The notes beneath the pieces were generated by a model. It did no database searches. It was not told where the DNA came from and saw nothing but the letters and a program-made list of their open reading frames with translations. This document shows, in pieces, positions 11,937 to 25,441 of a stretch of DNA of 64,000 bases (positions are counted from its first letter, which is position 1; every line of letters starts with the position of its first letter). Source of the DNA: Leucoraja ocellata (taxonomy: Eukaryota); contig JAWMAR010000177.1 of NCBI GenBank assembly GCA_036785375.1, positions 1,612,001-1,676,000 on the forward strand. Direction: 5' to 3'. The translations under genes were made by a program, and so were the position numbers.

Positions 11937-12210
11937 CTGCTCACAGTGCATATGACGTGGTCGCCCTGTCACTACCTTGTTGCCTTTGGTTTCTAAGGGG
12001 AAGGATGTAGATGATATGTGCATGTACCTTTAACATAGTGACCTCACCACTACTAACCACTCCCCATATCACAAGTATAATTACAACCTCCCCACCCACT
12101 GATCTCTCTCTAGTTCCCGTGACAGACCACGTACAGCTAGTGCAGTAATGTATGTTACAGTATGAATAACGTGAAGTAAAGACACCGTGTGTTGATGACA
12201 CTTCTTTACA
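10921..12210 (+). mobile_element. 5'-truncated Gypsy/Ty3 LTR retrotransposon (integrase, polypurine tract, 3' LTR)
   Basis: rve DDE core VDSYS...SDNGSQF...YPQSNGLAER and C-terminal IRSVRVVKPPVHYGDF. Polypurine tract aaggggaagga at 11995-12005 precedes LTR 12006-12210 (TGTAGA...TTTACA). GC- and CpG-rich. Confidence 0.93.
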
Positions 12211-12470
12211 GTGAGCTTCCTTCGTGCAAACTACGACATTTCTCATGTTACAATGGTGATGACACCTCATAAGTGCTTTATTGGCAGCAAAGCAATTGGG
12301 TATCCTTAATTTATTTTTCATACCCATCTGCTGCCCCTGTCATTGAACCCACTGGCTCATCCTGAAATCATGTCTCAGAACAGTCTTCTTCTTTCTTTCT
12401 ATACTCACTCTTGCTTCCCTGAAAGGACAGAGCCACCATCCAACATGAGGAAGCACCTCTGCAGTGATTT

Positions 12471-12972
12471 AGACAATAGGTGCAGGAGTAGGCCATTCGG
12501 CCCTTCGAACCAGCACTGCCATTTAATGTGATCATGGTTGACCATCCCCCATCAGTACCCCATCAGTACTGCCTACTCCCCATATCCCCCGAATCCGCTA
12601 TCTTTAAGAGCCCTATGTAGCTCTCTTGAAAGTATCCAGAGAAAAGGCAGAGAATTCCACAGGCTCACAACTGTCTGAGAAAAAGTGTTTCATCGTCTCT
12701 GTTCAAAATGGCTTACCACTTATTCTGAAACTGTGGCCCCTGGTTCTGGACTCCCCCAGCATCGGGAACATGTTTCCTGCCTCTAGAGTATCCAAACCCT
12801 TAATAATCTTATATGTTTCAAGAAGATATCCTCTCATCCAGCTAAACTCCAGAGTATACAAGCCTAGCCGCTCCATTCTCTCAGCATATGACAGTCCCGC
12901 CATTCTGGGAATTAAACTTGTAAACCTACGCTGCACTCCCTCAAGAGCAAGAATGTCCTTCTCAAATTAGGG
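12471..12972 (-). mobile_element. CR1/HER1 LINE 3' fragment
   Basis: ORF QRRFTSLIPRMAGLSYAERMERLGLYTLEF...RTRGHS and the tail cctactcctgcacctattgtcta. Confidence 0.92.
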
Positions 12973-13149
12973 GAATGTCTTTTGATCTGGTATTTTGTTG
13001 GTTCACGTGCTTGATCAATGGTGTTTTATCATTAATGTTTTTTTATTATTATTAATGTTTATAGTGTTTTCTGAGTCATTCGTAACTGTCACTGTATGTC
13101 ATGTTGTTACTTGTGGGAGGAGCACCAAGGCAAATTACTTGTATGTGAA

Positions 13150-13225
<76 letters not shown>
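13150..13225. repeat. (TTAC)n microsatellite, tail of a LINE 3' end at about 13010-13150
   Basis: About 18-19 perfect TTAC units. Confidence 0.97.
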
Positions 13226-13947
13226 ACATATAATAAAAAATAATTCAAAAGGCAATACTGATTTTCCATGGTTTTCCATTAAATTCTCTGCATCAGGTGC
13301 ATTTCTCATTTATTCTTCCCTGGCCCAGCTTCTCAACTGGGATAGAGGTTTGGATGTTGCCATCAGCATTCGCACCAATGCATTTCTGAACAAAACACCA
13401 AACGAGTTCTGCTCCCAATCACAATTTAGCGAGCTCTGGTGGATGCATATGTGTGTGGAATTAAGAGTCAAGAAAATATCAGGTGTGGATATGCAGCCCC
13501 TGCCATAGTAAGCCTTGAAGAAACTGCAAGGCTCATAAATAAATGAGCATTTGGAATATTCCCCAGGAATTGCAACCTGGCAAAAAAATCTCATTTTGAG
13601 GACAGGACATGAGGAAAGAGGAGAAAACCAGCACCAGAAATAAGATGTGTTTGAACATAAAATAATAGGTGTTGAAACATATATTTATGAACAGCTGCGT
13701 GCCAGTGTGTGGTGACAAAGAGTGGGGAACAGCAAGCACCGGGTGTGAGCTGTGCTTGACATTATCTATGAATATTGAAGTATTGTGCACAGGACAGATC
13801 ATTCCCATAAGCAATGAGAGAAAAGTAAGGGAGGGGAGTTGCGATCACACCATTCCAATGCACTGTCCCAATGGTTTCTTCTGGACTGACATTTTCTGGT
13901 CAGAAATGTATGTTGTAAAAAGGCAAAATACAGCGAATGCTCCAGCA

Positions 13948-14808
13948 ATAGACAACAGACAATAGGTGCAGGAGTAGGCCATTCGGCCCTTCGAGCCAGC
14001 ACCGCCATTCAATATAATCATGGCTGATCAACACCAATCAGTACCCCGTTCCTGCTTTCTCCCTGCCTTATCCTCTCACACTGCTATCTTTAAGAGTCCC
14101 GTCTAGCTCTCTCTTGAAAGTATCCAGTGAACCAGCCTTCACTGGTCTCTGAGGCAGAGAATTCCACACACTCACAACTTTGTGTGTGAAAAAGTGTTTC
14201 CTCATCTCCATTCTAAATGGCTTACCCCTTATTCTTAAACTGTGGGCCCTGGTTCTGGACTCCCAACATCAGGAACATGTTTCCTGCCTCTAGCGTGTCC
14301 AAACCCTTAACAATCTTATATGTTTCAATAAGATTCCCTCTCATCCTTCTAAATTCCAAAGTATACAAGCCCAGCTACTCCATTCTCTCAGCATATGACA
14401 GTCTCGCCATCCCGAGAATTAACCTTGTAAACCTACGCTGCACTCCTTCAATAGCAAGAATGTTCTTCCTCAAATTAGGGGACCAAAACTGCACACAACT
14501 CCAGTTGTGGTCTCACTAGGGCTCTGTACAACTACAGAAGGACTTTGCTCCTATACTCAACTCCTCTTGTTATGAAGGTCAACATGCCATTTGCTTTCTT
14601 CACTGCCTGCTGCACCTGCAGGCTTACTTTCATTGACTGATGAACAAGGACCATCAGATCCCATTACACTTCCCCTTTTCTCTACTTGACACCATTTAGA
14701 TAATAATCTGCCTTCCTGTTTTTGCTACCAAAGTGGATAACCTCACATATATCCCCATTAAACTGCATCTGCCATGCATCTACCCACTCACCCAACCTGT
14801 CCAAGTCA
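13948..14808 (-). mobile_element. CR1/HER1 LINE 3' fragment (RT C-terminus and 3' UTR)
   Basis: Same sequence family as 12471 and 48225. Contains QAVKKANGML-type RT C-terminal remnants. Confidence 0.92.
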
Positions 14809-17741
14809 TTTGAGTTCAACCTAGGCCTTGCACGTGGTCTATGTGGAGTTTGCACATTCTCTCTATGCCTGCATGGTTTCCTCTGGGTGCTCTGATTTGC
14901 TCCTGCATCCCAAAGATATGTCTATTGGTAGGGATTAACTGCTGTAAACTGTTCATTGTGTGTGAGTGAGTGGGAGAATCTGGGCAGAGTTGTTGGGAAT
15001 ATGGGGAGAATAAACATGTGATTACTGTAAATAGGTGATTGATGGACGGTACAAACTTGGTGGGCTGATGAGCCTGTTTCCATGCTGCATATTTTTATGC
15101 CTCTAATTAGATACTCAGCCAGTCATGCAGCATCTATGCAAAGATAAATTGGGTAAAGCCTCAGATCGATGGCCATCATCAGAACATTTCTGCTGAATAT
15201 TTCCTGTATTTTCTGCGTTTATATCTGATTATGAGTGACAAAACATTTTAATCGGACACTTACGTATATTTGATCTGGTGAAATATGCATTGAATTCTGA
15301 TATACGTTATTCTCTTCCCTTCCCCCTTACAGATTACAAAAGTATTAATGCAAAATATAGCTCTTTGAGAAATAAATCCTCCTCTGTAGCTCTTTTCAGC
15401 AGTTTGTGTTTAGTGAGTTGAGTTGAGTTTATTGTCACGTGTACCAAGGTACACTGAAAAGCTTTTCTTGCGTGCTAACCAATCAGCAGAATGCCAAGAT
15501 AGACCAACAGTGAGGCCTGTTTCAACAATGGTGAAAACAAAATGATGAGCTATCTTGGAGTTTTAGTAATGGGTCAGCTCAAGCAGACTGGAGGTTATGA
15601 AGTAAATGCCTTAATGATAGGACAGGACATGTTGGGGGGGTCAGAATGAAAAATGTGGGTGAGACGGGTGGGAGGTTGACCAAAAGTTCAAGAGAAAGCC
15701 AAGGAATAGGAGACTAAAGGAGCATCAGAAAGGGATTACTGTTGCCCCAGTGGAAGTTAGCTCAATCACACTCATGGGTACTCTATGATCAGATTACATA
15801 GGAAATCTGATTTATGTGCCACCAACTGATGTCCCAAATAATGTATCATTAATGCAATGGGCATTTCAAAATTAGAATCACCATTTGAAAGCCAGCAGAG
15901 GATTTTACAATGGAATAAGTGACTAATTTAAATGTATTATGGCCATTATTTTGCACAGATATACTCAGGAAATAGATTTCCGCACAAAAAGCCATTTGTC
16001 GTTTAATCTCTCCTGCCAACCATCCATCACTTTTCTTTTATCCTCTCCTCTCTGTGTGGATAAAAGCAGTACATCTTTAACCTTTGATGGTGCGTTGTCA
16101 GTGGGCTGGTCTCTCGGCTGTGATGAACACAACATCCAAGGATGATAGATCCTTGCTATGTTGGGAGAGGGCCACTGTCTGAGCTGCTACCTTTTAAACC
16201 TAGATTTCATACAGTATGCTCTTTTAGATGGACACAAATAGTAAATGCCATCATTTTGAAGAATAGGAAGAGATTCATTTCTTAAGCCCGATAACATGGT
16301 CAATGTTTTTTCTTAAATCTTAAAAGTAGGCTCTTGGCCATTATTACATTTTTTGATTTTGGATTTCTATTGTATTCAAATAAGGTACCGTGCATTCCTC
16401 ACCACAGAGTGAGTACATTTCTAGAGATAGATTTCTGGCTGATAGATGTTATTTGCAATAATTGAAGATTAAACACTGCAAACTATTGCACATGAATCCT
16501 CTGTACCTTGCACAGTTATAACTCTCAAACATACATATAATATTCACCAACTCTATACAGGTGATCAGTTCTGCCTATATAATTCCCTCGCAAGTTATTT
16601 TGTCTGAATAGATACAAAATGAGCCATGTGCATGGTAACAGTACTATTTGCGGTGTGAAGTATTCTGGTCAGCATTTGATATCGACACCCTGCCTTCTGA
16701 AAGACTGCAGCTTTTATTCAATGGCGAGTTGTGAACATCAACCTCCGTGTTTGCACTCCAGGCATCCTGTGGGAGTTGCCCCCGCTATTCAGGAACAAGG
16801 GACAAGACTTAGCTCACCAGGCGGCATTTTGCAAGTCAGATGAAAAAGATCTTTTGCTTTCATGCTTTCCCTGGTGTCAATAAATACAAAATCAAAGTTG
16901 CACCTGGCTCTGATTATAACACTTTATGCTGTATAGCAGTTATCTATAATTATTCAAGCAGACCTTGATTCCTTTTTTAACCTGATTAAAATACTTTATT
17001 TTGTTTTGTTTAGTTTATTTATTGTCATGTCTACCACGGTAACGTTAAAAGCTTTTGTTGCATGCTACCCAGTCAGCGGAAAGACAATATATGATTACAA
17101 TCGAGCAATACACATCAAGCAGTACAATCGAGGAGTACAGATACACGATAAAGGGAATAACATGGATAATGTTTAGTGCAAGATAAGTGTGGAGAGATTG
17201 CACCTCATTCCAACACTTGGCTCCTTCGTGCCTGTATTAGAGTGAAGGTAATTCTCTGCTGCCACAAGACCAGTGTTGTATGTGTACATTCCTCATTATT
17301 CAGCCCAACTCCTATTACCTTGTGGTAGTGTCACAGTGTGGTTGTTTTTTTTATTCTGATTCACCTATACTGGGAAGCAACTGAATGGTTTTGAACAGAT
17401 TTTCTTTTAGACGGTTAAATAAATATAAAAAATGGTTGCTCACCTATCAGAAGAAAGTGCAAGAAAACTAGACCTCTTACGCAGTGAGCCTTGGACAGAG
17501 TGAACCTTTATCTGGCACTTTCATCATAGATCTAAATAGAGGCAGATTATTCAAAGGCCTTTTACAAGGGATTATCAAACAAAATCTGTCAATGTCACAT
17601 AAGGAGGCATTAGGACTGAAAGCCAAATGTTCTGGTCAAAGAGGTGGGTTTAAAAGACAATCCTAAAGAAAGGAGAGATTTAGGGAGCAAATTTCAGTCA
17701 AAGATCTTAGCAGCTAAGGCAGAGCTGCTATTTAGGTTAGT

Positions 17742-18017
17742 TATTATTTATTTATTTTTTATTATTATTAAATCGTTGAAAACATTAGCGACACAGTGGT
17801 GCTGGTTTCCGACGGGCAATCCTTACAATGCTATGTACGACAGTGAAGTGTGGATGGCCGTTGGCTCGCTAGGAGCTCATCCGCCCTTTGACAGGTCTTG
17901 TATTTGGTCCTGTTGGGGGTCCACAGCTCCCTCCTCACCTGGCGCCGACTATCTGACCATGGAGCAGGTAGCTCGGGATTACATGGTACCCGTGGCGGAC
18001 GGAACTCCCCCTGACCT
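17742..18017 (-). mobile_element. Short GC-rich retroposon, probably RTE-derived, with (TAA)n/A tail
   Basis: Minus strand reads aggtcagggggagttccgtccgcc...gacctgtcaaagggcggatgagctcc...gagccaacggccatc...taataataataaaaa. No tRNA head. Resembles recalled RTE 5' UTR motifs. Confidence 0.5.
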
Positions 18018-18019
18018 AA

Positions 18020-19385
18020 TTAGGTTTAGGTTTGAGTGTATTATTGCTACATATAACAAGGTCAAGTGAAAAGTAATGTTTTGCATGATATCTAAACAGA
18101 TCAGATGAACCAGACATAGATACATTTAGTTAAAACTCACATAGAATAGATAGAGTGACGGGGAAGAAACAGAGTGCAGAATTTAGAACTCAGCATTCTA
18201 GTGCATTGGTTCCTTAGACAAAATCCAATGTCCTTAATAGAAACATAGAAACATAGAAAATAGGTGCAGGAGTAGGCCATTCGGCCCTTCGAGCCTGCAC
18301 CACCATTCGATATGATCATGGCTGATCATCCAACTCAGTATCCCATCCCTGCCTTCTCTCAATACCCCCTGATCCCTTTAGCCACAAGGGCCACATCTAA
18401 CTCCCTCTTAAATATAGCCAATGAACTGGCCTCAACTACCTTCTGTGGCAGAGAGTTCCACAGATTCACCACTCTCTGTGTAAAAAATGGGTTAGTAGTG
18501 AACCAAACAAATAAGTGACACTAGCTCATGGAAAGGCCATTCAGAAGCGTGATAGTGAGGAGAACCTGTTACTGAATCTGCTGGTGCACTTTCAAGCTTC
18601 TGTACTTTCAGCCGGGTGGGAGGAGGGAGAAGAAGAATGACTGGGGTGGGGCAAGTCTTTGTTTATGTGGGCTGCTTTTCTGAGGCAGCGTGAAGTGTAG
18701 ATGGACTCAATTATTGGAATTTTGGTGCTTGCGATGGACTGCATTACCACTACAAATCTCTGCAATTTCTTGTGGTCTTGGGTAGAGCTATTCCCAAACC
18801 AAGCTGTATACCCACAGTATGCTTTCTATGGTGCATCTATAGAAGTTAGAAAGAGTCATGAAAACATAGAAAATAGGTGCAGGAGTAAGTCATTCGAGCC
18901 AGCACCATCATTCAATATGATCATGGCTGATCATCCAAAATCAGCACCCGTTCCTGCTTTCTTCCCATATCCCATGATTCCGTTAGCCCTAAGTTATATC
19001 TAACTCATTTGAGATATGCTTAATTTTCTCAGCCTCCTCAGGAAGTGGATATGTTAGTATGCCTACTTGTCGCATTAATGTAATTGGTCCATGACAGATC
19101 ATTGGTAATATTAACGGCAAGGAACCTGACGCTCTGGACGAGTTCTACATCTGCACCAGTGATGCTGATTGGGACTTGTATGCTTCATGCAGTCAATAAC
19201 TAGCTCCTTCATTTTGCTGTTGTTAAGGGAGAGGTTATTGTCCTGTCACTATGTAGTCCTATTCATGATTCTTCCCACCACAATGGAGTCATCTCTAAAC
19301 TTGTAGATGGAATTAGAGTCGAACAGTAAAGTCGAACAGAGTATGGGACTGAGAACACAACCTTGTGGGACACTGGCATTGAGAT
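18020..19385 (-). mobile_element. Degraded Rex1/Babar LINE with nested CR1 3' ends (18237-18488, 18860-19005)
   Basis: VPQGCVLSPIL...SNSIYKFRDDSIVVGRI is the Rex1-type RT motif (consensus KFADDTTVVG). Confidence 0.75.
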
Positions 19386-20926
19386 AGTGGATTAATAAGT
19401 CTGGGGGATGATCAAGCGCATAGAAAGACAAGGTACAGAACCATTTCGACCCTGAACTCTTAAGGGTAGAGGGACGCAGTTTGCAGTGTGGGAGGGAAAT
19501 GGAAATAATTAAATTATGCTATTGCTATTAGTTCTTTTTCAGGAAGCAGTTGGGACAGAGCTTGGCAGGGGAACAAATAGGGGCCCTTCTGGAGTCAACT
19601 ACTCACCAACATCTGGGCACCTCTGCTGGCTTTCAACCCTGAACTCCACCTTCACTTAGCTGCCCAGTGATAGGCCTCTGAGAAAGGGAACCCATCGTCT
19701 GGATACAATACATGGTGCAATTCAGGCAACTTTAACACTGATTCTCCTGCTATGACCATATTGGACTATCTGGCTTCAGACTAATGTAACCAATGTATTA
19801 TAATTCATGCACTAAATCACAGGACAATGCATCCTTACCTCGTATTACCAGACTGGTGTTTACGATCTATGCCTTTGAACTGAAAGGGTTGGTCAGCCAT
19901 TTCAGTAGACAATCACATCGCCATGGCAATGGAGATAGGTGGGATCAAGTAAAAGTAGGAGATTTACTTTTGATAATGTTTTAATTCCAGATTTATCCCA
20001 TTCCACCAAATTTAAATATAAATTCCACAGCTGGCTAAATGGGATTGAAATTCATGTCTCCTGATGTTAGTTTCTATGTAACATAATTCCAGTGCTACTG
20101 TAAGCAACAGTAGGGAGAAAGGCCATTCAGCCCAGAGTGCCCAGGCTCCTTCTGTGCTCCACCTGAGCCTCTTCCAACTTTACATCATCATCTATTATTG
20201 TTAACATATTCTACTCTTTTCTTCCTCATGTATGTATTTAGCCTTCCCTGAAATTAAAAAAAACACAATTTTTCTACAGTGGTAATAGATTCTACATACT
20301 CTTACTCTCTAAGTAAATGTATTTCTCCCAAGTCTTTTATTTGATTTTTTAATGGCTGTCTTGTATTTACAGTCTACCCCATCAAGTGGAAAACCTTTCC
20401 ATCATTTTAAACATATAAATCCAGTCACCCTCCTGCTTCTTTTTTGTAGAAAAAACTTGTTCAAAATTTCCAGTTCAACACGATTTATCATTTCTGATAC
20501 CTTTCTTGAAAATCTGTTGTGCATCTCCTCCAGGGTTTCTATGTCCTTTTGGTGATACAAAAGACCAGGACTCTTCATATTTGTACTATAAGGTCTAGCT
20601 TACTTCATGTATGACTTTAAAATAACTTTCCTGATGTTCATTTCTGTTCCTCTGGATTTATAACTGCAATAATCCGTGTCATTATTTTCATTCATTGTTG
20701 ACATATATATATTTTCTCTTCAGTTAGATTTGATAGAAATGTATCCTTGATTGTTTCTTATAAAGATGAGATACCTCAAAGTCATTCTAATGTCTACAAA
20801 AGGCACAGGCCAGGACTATAATAGATGCTTAGATTATTACAGTTCCAACAATGCTCAAGAAACTTGGCAACATCCAGCACAAACCAACCCACTTGATTGA
20901 TGTCCCAGCCAATACCTTAAAACTTC

Positions 20927-21123
20927 AGATAGACACAAAAAGCTGGAGGAACTCAGCATCTTCGGAGAGAAGGAATGGGTGATGTTTCGGGTCGAGACCG
21001 TTCTTCAGACGAAGGGACTCAACCCGAAACGTCACCAATTCCTTCTCTCCAGAGATGCTGCCTGTAGTTGCTCCAGCTTTTTGTGTCTATCTTTGGTTTA
21101 AACCCGCATCTGCAGTTCCTTCC
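20927..21123. mobile_element. Fold-back mini Penelope-like element
   Basis: Inverted arms around 21005-21012. 14-bp TSD tacc(t/c)taaaacttc at 20913-20926 and 21124-21137. Confidence 0.85.
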
Positions 21124-21335
21124 TACCCTAAAACTTCTATGTTTAGCATGAAGTGCTGTACCAGGCTGCAAAGTACATCATCTACTAAATGCACTGCTGG
21201 GATATTCCAGCAGCACCACTTAAGACTGTGACCTCTGCCACTGAGAAGGATAAGGGCAGCATGCATATGGAAATTACCACTTGCATCTCCCATCTGCACA
21301 CCATCCTGATTTAGTAGCAAGACATCGGCCCTTTA

Positions 21336-21636
21336 AGGGCCTGTCCCACGAGCAAGCGGCAAGCGCGATCTAACGTGGTCGCTTGAGCTGTACGGCCTCA
21401 CGGGGCCGGTCCCACTTCGATCGCCGGAGCCATATGGAGCTCCGAAATATTGACACTGTCCAAAAATTCCGCGCGGCAACGGCCTGCCGCCATGCAGCCG
21501 CATTGAGGCCGTACGCACCGCCAAGATGGGCATGCGCAGCGTCTCGACGCCCTACGCAGCAACTCGTACGGGATCACTCGACCTCCGCGCGACCCCAGCT
21601 TCCGGTTTGGTCGCGCATGCTTGTGGGACAGGCCCT
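21336..21636. mobile_element. PIF/Harbinger-type MITE
   Basis: TIRs AGGGCCTGTCCCAC / GTGGGACAGGCCCT, TTA on both sides, CpG-rich interior. Confidence 0.9.
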
Positions 21637-22407
21637 TTACTGTTTCTGTGTCAAGTCCTGGAATTCTCTCCCTTGCACTGAGGGAATACTTTTATCAGAT
21701 GGAAAGCAATTGCTCCTCACCTTCTGAAGAGCAATTATGGATAGATGACAAAGGTAATTGTCAGCAATGTGCAGATCCCAAATAAATAATTTTAAAATAA
21801 GTTTTGGCCAGGTGCTAAGAAACCGAACTTTCAAAAGTGGAGTATGATGCGCATATTATATGGTTATATGGTTATATTACTGGCCCACCTAGTCGTTGGG
21901 CTCCTTATTCGTTTAAATTAAAAATTCAAGAATCAAAATTAAGTTTCTTTGTTATTACAAGATTTCAAATTAAACAAACTGCCCTTTGAGGTATGAAATA
22001 TTAATTGACAACTAAAGAACCAGCAGCTTGATAAATTCTCACCAAGGTATTTTTTGAATGTTTGACTCAATCTAAGACGAAAGCAACAAGGTATTTTTGA
22101 AATTTGCAGTATTGATTAACACGTTATTTAATGTGAAATTATGTTTTGGAATTATAAATAACATTTTTTAATTACCTTATGGCAAAATACAAAGGTCCTT
22201 TTCATTTCAGTGCAATTTTTAGTACATTGGCTAAAGCTCTGGTGTGAATTCTCTATTGCACTGCAATACCACAGAGGGAATTTAATATAATGTGTGAAAC
22301 ATTGTGGTAAAATAACACTCCAGGGGAGCTTTACACAATAAAAATAATCACACAAGATCCTTTGCAGTAACATATCTTTTAGCATTTAAGAATTTTTAGC
22401 ATTAAGT

Positions 22408-22710
22408 GGGCGGCTCGATAGCGTTGCCGTAGAGTTGCTGCCTTACAGCACCAGACCCGGTTTCGAACCTGACCACAGGTGCTTGTCGATATGGATTTTG
22501 TATTATCTGCCCATGACCTGCGTGGGTTTTCTCTGGGATCTCCGGTTTCTTCCCACACTCCAAATATTTACCGGTTTGTAGGTTAATTGGCTTGGTGTAA
22601 TTGTAAATTATCCCCAGTGGGTGTAGAATAGTGTTAGTGGGCGGGAGCCGTTGGTCGGTGCAGACGCGGTGGGCCGAAGGGCCTATTTCCCCACAGTATC
22701 TCTACATTAA
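22408..22710 (+). mobile_element. HE1-type V-SINE
   Basis: tRNA-like head, V-domain ctccggtttcttcccacactccaaa, and tail gggccgaagggcct. Confidence 0.9.
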
Positions 22711-23296
22711 AACATGTTAGTACTGTATTTCGGTGTGTTTCCAGGCGAGCATTGATACCAAGATGTAAAGTACATTTTTCTAACGCTTAAACAAAGGAAC
22801 AGCGAGCGGTACACAGAATAGCTGGTTTTGTTTACAATGTTGTGCCAACCAAGGTGAACGAGATTCAATCCTGACATTTATGTTAGAGGTAACCACTTGG
22901 TTTAATTTAAAGACTTGCACTTCCAGCTTTGTGTCAGCCACAACTTAATAGGCAACACATCCACTTCCAGAACAGAAGATTATAGGTTAAATTCCCACAC
23001 CAAAGATCTGAGACTAAAACCAAGATTGTTGCACCCAGTAGAGTGGAGAGAAAGGTACAATCGCTTAACTGAAAACTGAACCATCAGTACTTCTGGCCAA
23101 CTTTTAACTTTCAACCAATAAAAATGTGATTGTCCTGTCATTTATTTCAATGCTATTGTGGAAGTTTTATGTGGACGTTAGCTACCATATTTCTATATCA
23201 CAATGGTGACTACACTGAAAAATAGTATTTAACTGGCTGTAAACCAGCTGGTAATGTCATTAAAAGGTGCCATGGAGGTGGAAGTCTATCATGTGT

Positions 23297-23480
23297 GTTT
23301 AAGAAGGAACAGCAGATGCTGGAAAATCGAAGGTACACAAAAAAACTGGGGAAACTCAGCGGGTGCAGCAGCATCTATGGAGTGAAGGAAATAGGCAACG
23401 TTTTGGGCCGAAACCCTTCAAAGGGTTTCGGCCCGAAACGTTGCCTATTTCCTTCGCTCCATAGATGCTGCTGCACCCGC
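23297..23480. mobile_element. Fold-back mini Penelope-like element
   Basis: Near-perfect palindrome centred at about 23420. Direct repeat gaagtctatcat at 23281-23292 and 23481-23492. Confidence 0.88.
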
Positions 23481-24554
23481 GAAGTCTATCATTTGTTTTG
23501 CAGACATTTCTCTTAAATGGTTTGAGTGGATATTATTTTCAATTTCTTAACCAAGTTAAAACCTGGGATTAACTTTGTAAACATTAGTGTTGCATTTGCC
23601 AATAGATTTCCAACAGCATATTTTGAATTTTTGGCAGGGTAAGTAAGCAGTGTTTCATGGAAGCTTCAATTTGTTTTGGTAACGTTGGGTGCTTTGACAG
23701 GCTTGACCACCAGATGGCCCTCAAAGACCAAACGTTGGTCTTTTGATTTCCTTTGGTTTAATAATCAGCTGCAGACTAGGTCAAGCCAAAACCCTCACAA
23801 AGTCAATAAAGATTTCCCATCCCAAACCTATGAGAAAAGCCACTTAAATAACGACTGCAACATGTTCCTCAGGAGATTACTTATTTAAACATCTATCCAG
23901 CTCCTTAGTACAGAACAAATCCACCTTCAAACTGATGGAACATACAGTAACTGATCCGAAGCCAACAGGTATCCTGAGCCAATTATCCAATCCCACTGAC
24001 GTCCCTCTGGTCTAACTAATTCAGAAAATACTCACATATCCTCAGCTATAAGTGCTTGGGACTAGCGGTGCTGTTTAAAAAGTAACCCAGAACATTCCAT
24101 TTTAATCATTCCAATCATTTTAATTCTCCATCCCACTCGGACCTCTTTATTCAACTATTCCAATAAAGTCCAGTGTAAGTTCATGGAAGAGCACCTCATT
24201 TTCTGCCTCGGCATGCTGTAGCCCTTGAGGCTCAACACTGAATTCAACATCTGCAGATAACCAAGTTTACTCTGGCAATTGTGGAAGTACATGACAATAA
24301 ACTCTCTTGACATGACTTGACTTGACTTTCTGATGTAACCCTGTTTGTCTCCCTCCACAGACATTATTGGCTCCGTGTGACTTTGAAAGCATTCTCCTTT
24401 CTTTCAGGTTTCCACAAACTGTTGTGACCAGGAGCTCACAGTCTAATAATTTATATTTCTCTCCTTGAACCCTTCTTTTCAATTCATTAAACTATTTTTT
24501 TGTTTATTATGCTATCTATGAGTTCTGTTTTTACAGAAGTGTTATGCTATGTGG

Positions 24555-25441
24555 CTGCAAAGTGACTTGGATTGGTTGGATGATTGAGCAGATACATGGC
24601 AGATGCAGTATTTTTAATGTGGACAAATGTGAGGTTATCCACTTTGGTGGCAAGAACAGGAAGGCAGATTATTATCTAAATTGTGTCAGATTAGAAAGGG
24701 TGGCGCAACGAGACCTTGGTATGCTTGTACATCAGTCACTGAAAATAAGCATGCAGGTACAGCAGGCAGTGAAGAAAGCTAATGGCATGTTGGCCTTCAT
24801 TGCGAAAGGATTTGAGTTAAGGAGCAAAGAGGTCTTACTGCAGTTGTACAGGGCCCTGGCGAGACCACACCTGGAGTATTGTGTGCAATTTTTGTCTCCT
24901 AATTTGAGGAAGTACATTATTGCGTTTAAGGGTGTGCAGCGTAGGTTCACCAGGTTAATCCCCGGGATGGCGGGACTGACATATGATGAAAGAATGGGTC
25001 GGCTGGGCTTGTGTTCACTGGAATTTAGAAGGATGAGAGGGGATTGAGAGGGGATCTTATAGAAACATATACAATCCTTAAAGGATTGGACAGGCTAGAT
25101 GCAGGAAAAATGTTCCAGATGTTGGGGGAGTCCAGAACCAGGGGTTCTTATTTAAGAATAAGGGGTAGGCCATTTTGGCCTGAGATGAGGAATTACTTTT
25201 TCACCCAGAGAGATGTGAATCTGTGGAATTCTCTGCCACAGAAGGCAGTGGAGGCCAATTCACTGGATGATTTTCAAGAGAGAGTTAGATATAGCTTTTA
25301 GGGCTAAGGGAATCAAGTGATATGGGGAAAAAGCTAGAACGGGGTACTGATTTTGGATGATCATCCATGATCATATTGAATGGCGGTGCTAGCTCGAAGA
25401 GCCGATTGGCCTACTCTTGCACCTATTTGCTATGTTTCTAT
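24555..25441 (+). mobile_element. CR1/HER1 LINE 3' fragment
   Basis: ORFs 24544-25047 and 25044-25301: FNVDKCEVIHFGGKN...RPHLEYCVQF...FFTQR.VNLWNSLP. Confidence 0.94.

Noticed and set aside
17850-18017. Canonical HDV-like or twister ribozyme call
   Set aside because: P1-, P3- and P4-like pairings can be drawn, but I found no P2 partner and no twister AAGCCC motif. Kept only as a structured-RNA candidate.
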